The position numbers were made by a program, and so were the translations under genes. Source: Armatimonadota bacterium (lineage in GTDB: Bacteria > Armatimonadota > SYMT01). From it: 64,000 nucleotides of DNA. The notes under the pieces are model-generated. The model did no database searches. It saw nothing but the letters and a program-made list of their open reading frames with translations, and was not told the origin of the DNA. Shown here piece after piece: positions 61,557 through 64,000 of the stretch; positions within the stretch are counted from its first letter, which is position 1; every line of letters begins with the position of its first letter. Location of the stretch: positions 203,653 through 267,652 of the forward strand of contig JBKBRF010000002.1 of the NCBI GenBank assembly GCA_046292385.1. Reading direction: 5' to 3'.

Positions 61557-62768
61557 CTACGCAACAGCGGCCTGGATCTTCCGCACGGCGGCGGCGATGT
61601 CGTCCATGTCGCTCCGCTCCGCGAGCAGGAGGCTCTGGCCCAGCCAGACCGCCTCGCTGCTGGCCTGCTCCACCTGGGGCAGGTGGACGGCGCCGTAGTC
61701 GATCCGCGCGGGGAACGGGTGGGTCTCCGTGTCGATCTTGAAAGCGGGGCTGCGGTAGAGCGGAGAGTAGCCCGGGCTGCACGGCACGCCTTCGGCGCGG
61801 AGCGCCTCCAGGAAGGCGTCGCGGGTCATGCCGCCGAGCTGGGCCGGGTCGATCCGGAAGATGAAAAGGTGGTAGGCGTGGTTGGTGATCCGCGGGTCGC
61901 GGCGCAGCGGCCGGATCCCGGGGACCTGCGCCAGCTGCTCCGCCAGGTAGAGCGCGTTCTCGTTGCGGCGCCGGGTCTGCTCTTCCAGGCGCCGGGCCTG
62001 GGAGAGCAGAAGGGCGGCCTGGAGCTCGGTCATCCGGAAGTTGCCGGAGAGCATCCGGTGCTCGTACCAGCCGCCTTCGCGGACGCGCCCGCAGTTGGAG
62101 AGCGACCAGGCCCGCTCGAACGTCTCCTCGTCGTTCGTCACGACGATCCCGCCCTCGCCGGCGTTCAGGTTCTTGCTCGCCTGGAAGCTGAAAGTCCCGG
62201 CATTGCCGATGGCGCCGACCCGGCGCCCGTTCCACTCCGCCAGGTGGGCCTGGGCGGCGTCTTCGATGAGGGCCAGGTTATGGCGGCGCGCGATCTCGGA
62301 GAGCGCGTCGAGGTCGGCGGGACAGCCCGCCACGTGGACCGCCACGATGGCGCGGGTCCGCTCCGTGATCGCCGCCTCGGCGGCGGCAGGATCGAGGTTC
62401 AGGGTGTCCGGCTCGATGTCGGCGAAGATCGGCACCGCGTTGACCTGCACGATCGAGGAGGCGGTGGCGATGAAGGTGTAGGGGGTGGTGATCACCTCGT
62501 CGCCCGCGCGCACGCCTGCCGCGCGCATGGCGATCTCCAGCGCGTGGGTGCCGTTGGTGCACGGGACCGCGTACTGCGCCTGCTGGAGCGCGGAGAAGTA
62601 CTCGGCGAGCTCGCGGTTCTTCGGCCCATTGAACCACTTGCCGCTGCGCATCACCGCCTCGACGGCCTGGACGTCGGTCTCGTCCCACACCGGCCAGGCG
62701 GGCCACGGCCGGGTGCGGAGCGGGGTGCCGCCCTGTACCGCCAGTTGCTCCGGAGCTGTGACTGCCAT
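61557..62768 (-). CDS. DegT/DnrJ/EryC1/StrS PLP-dependent aminotransferase
   Basis: NGTHAL, GDEVI...YTF.AT, EDAAQAH, FSFQASKNL.AGEGG, NFRMTE.QAA. Confidence 0.95.
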   Translation of the reverse strand: MAVTAPEQLAVQGGTPLRTRPWPAWPVWDETDVQAVEAVMRSGKWFNGPKNRELAEYFSALQQAQYAVPCTNGTHALEIAMRAAGVRAGDEVITTPYTFIATASSIVQVNAVPIFADIEPDTLNLDPAAAEAAITERTRAIVAVHVAGCPADLDALSEIARRHNLALIEDAAQAHLAEWNGRRVGAIGNAGTFSFQASKNLNAGEGGIVVTNDEETFERAWSLSNCGRVREGGWYEHRMLSGNFRMTELQAALLLSQARRLEEQTRRRNENALYLAEQLAQVPGIRPLRRDPRITNHAYHLFIFRIDPAQLGGMTRDAFLEALRAEGVPCSPGYSPLYRSPAFKIDTETHPFPARIDYGAVHLPQVEQASSEAVWLGQSLLLAERSDMDDIAAAVRKIQAAVA

Positions 62769-63102
62769 GCTAATCCCCCGCGGCGCATTCCGGCGCCAGG
62801 TCAACCCTTCTTACACCTTCCCCGAGCGCGATACCTTCCGAGTACGAGCACTCCTACGCCTACTCGTAATCCTACTCCGCCTCGAAGGCGCTCCGGAACG
62901 GCAGCGTCGTGCAGCGCGGGCCGCGAGGCATTTAAATACCTCGCTGGACGGCCTACGGCCACGCGTCCTCCGGACGCCCCTGCTGCGGCACACGGCTCCT
63001 CTCGTCGAAACGCGAGCCGTTACCCGACCTATCAGCGCGCTGAGACGTGCGTCGCGTCTCCGGAGCCGCGTCTCCCGCTCCGAACCGCGCCCACTCTCCC
63101 AC

Positions 63103-63843
63103 TCAGTCTTCGCCGCGCTCCCGGAGGAGCGCCTCGCGGGCGGCTTCTTGCTCCGCGACCTTCTTGCTCCCGCCGCGGCCGACTCCGAGGACGCGGTCGC
63201 CGACCATCGCCTCGCTCAAGAAGACGCGGTTGTGCGCGGGCCCGCTCTCCGCAGAGGTGCGGTAGACCGGCGTCACACGCTGCCGCTCCTGCCAGAGCTC
63301 CTGCAGGCGGCTCTTGTAGTCCCGCACCTCGTCCGGGTCGACCCGGCGCACCAGCTCCCGCAGGACGAAGTGGCGCGCCGCCTCCAGCCCCTGAGCCAGG
63401 TAGAGAGCGCCGAGCACCGCTTCGAAAAGATCGGAGAGGGTGCTCGGCCGCTCGCGCACTCCCGCGGCGTCGTCGGCCGGCGCCACCGCCAACAGCGCTC
63501 CCAGCTCCAGCGCCTCCGCGGCGCGCGCCAGGGAGGGCTCCGCCACGTAGGTGATCTTCATCTTGGTGAGCCGGCCCTCCCGCTCGTCCGGATAGGCGTG
63601 GTAGAGGTGCTCGCTCACCACCAGCGCGAGGACGGCGTCGCCCAGCAGCTCCAGCCGCTCGTTATCGCCGTGCGGCGCCTCCTCGGAGAGGCCGCGGTGG
63701 GTGAAGGCCTGCGCCAGCAGCTCCTCGTGCTCCGGCCCGAATCCCAGCGGGGCGCCGAACGACCGGAGACTCTCTCGCCATTCCGGACGGTTCCAGGGGT
63801 ACTCGGCGTGCGGGTCGCTCATCAAGGGTACGGGGTGGGACAT
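63103..63843 (-). CDS. rnc: Ribonuclease III
   Basis: AFTHR, NERLELLGDAVL, D.FEAVLGA.YL, dsRBD DYKSRLQE...GP.H...G.G.SKK.AEQ.AA. Confidence 0.96.
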   Translation of the reverse strand: MSHPVPLMSDPHAEYPWNRPEWRESLRSFGAPLGFGPEHEELLAQAFTHRGLSEEAPHGDNERLELLGDAVLALVVSEHLYHAYPDEREGRLTKMKITYVAEPSLARAAEALELGALLAVAPADDAAGVRERPSTLSDLFEAVLGALYLAQGLEAARHFVLRELVRRVDPDEVRDYKSRLQELWQERQRVTPVYRTSAESGPAHNRVFLSEAMVGDRVLGVGRGGSKKVAEQEAAREALLRERGED

Positions 63844-63846
63844 GGG

Positions 63847-63999
63847 TTAGCGCTTGGCGTAGGCCTTCGGCCGCTCGGCTCGCAGCAGGAGGTAGCTGAT
63901 CACCTGGTAGCCGACCAGCAGGCCGATCATCACGCTCACCAGCCACCAGTCGAGGACCGCCACCCGGTTGAGCGGCCAGAAGCGGACCTCCGCCCGGCC
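63847..63999 (-). CDS. lepB: Probable signal peptidase I, C-terminal end (runs off window)
   Basis: Translation GRAEVRFWPLNR matches the SPase I C-terminal motif; lepB-rnc adjacency is common. Confidence 0.6.
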   Translation of the reverse strand, partial: GRAEVRFWPLNRVAVLDWWLVSVMIGLLVGYQVISYLLLRAERPKAYAKR

Positions 64000-64000
64000 G

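Overview
This is a very GC-rich bacterial chromosomal window with about 48 genes. The gene content suggests Armatimonadota or a similar lineage: planctomycete-type DUF1549/DUF1553 plus DUF1501, SBBP/FN3 surface proteins and many STN-like secreted orphans. That taxonomy is an inference. Recognisable genes are an ABC-2 type operon, ppk1, an isopropylmalate/tartrate dehydrogenase-family enzyme, a FecR/DUF6600 protein, miaA, SIMPL, msrA, an orphan zf-HC2 anti-sigma, an amidohydrolase, TIGR02587/TIGR02588, two ankyrin paralogs, topoisomerase IB, a CymR-like Rrf2-cysK-sat-SLC13 sulfur operon, putA, an APH(6)-like kinase, VanZ, NlpC/P60, a sugar-metabolism cluster, rnc and partial lepB. I found no CRISPR array, tRNA, rRNA or transposase. 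The most striking unexplained signal is non-coding. Many intergenic regions carry short tandem-repeat arrays (6-9-mers, about ten families). These often begin at a stop codon, abut a shared CCGAACCC core, occur as inverted pairs, and in three cases bracket whole genes; one family is telomere-like and G-quadruplex-compatible. Other candidates are a structured RNA, an IscR-like operator, and a domain-permuted family of STN-like secreted proteins. All calls are by eye; no searches were run.
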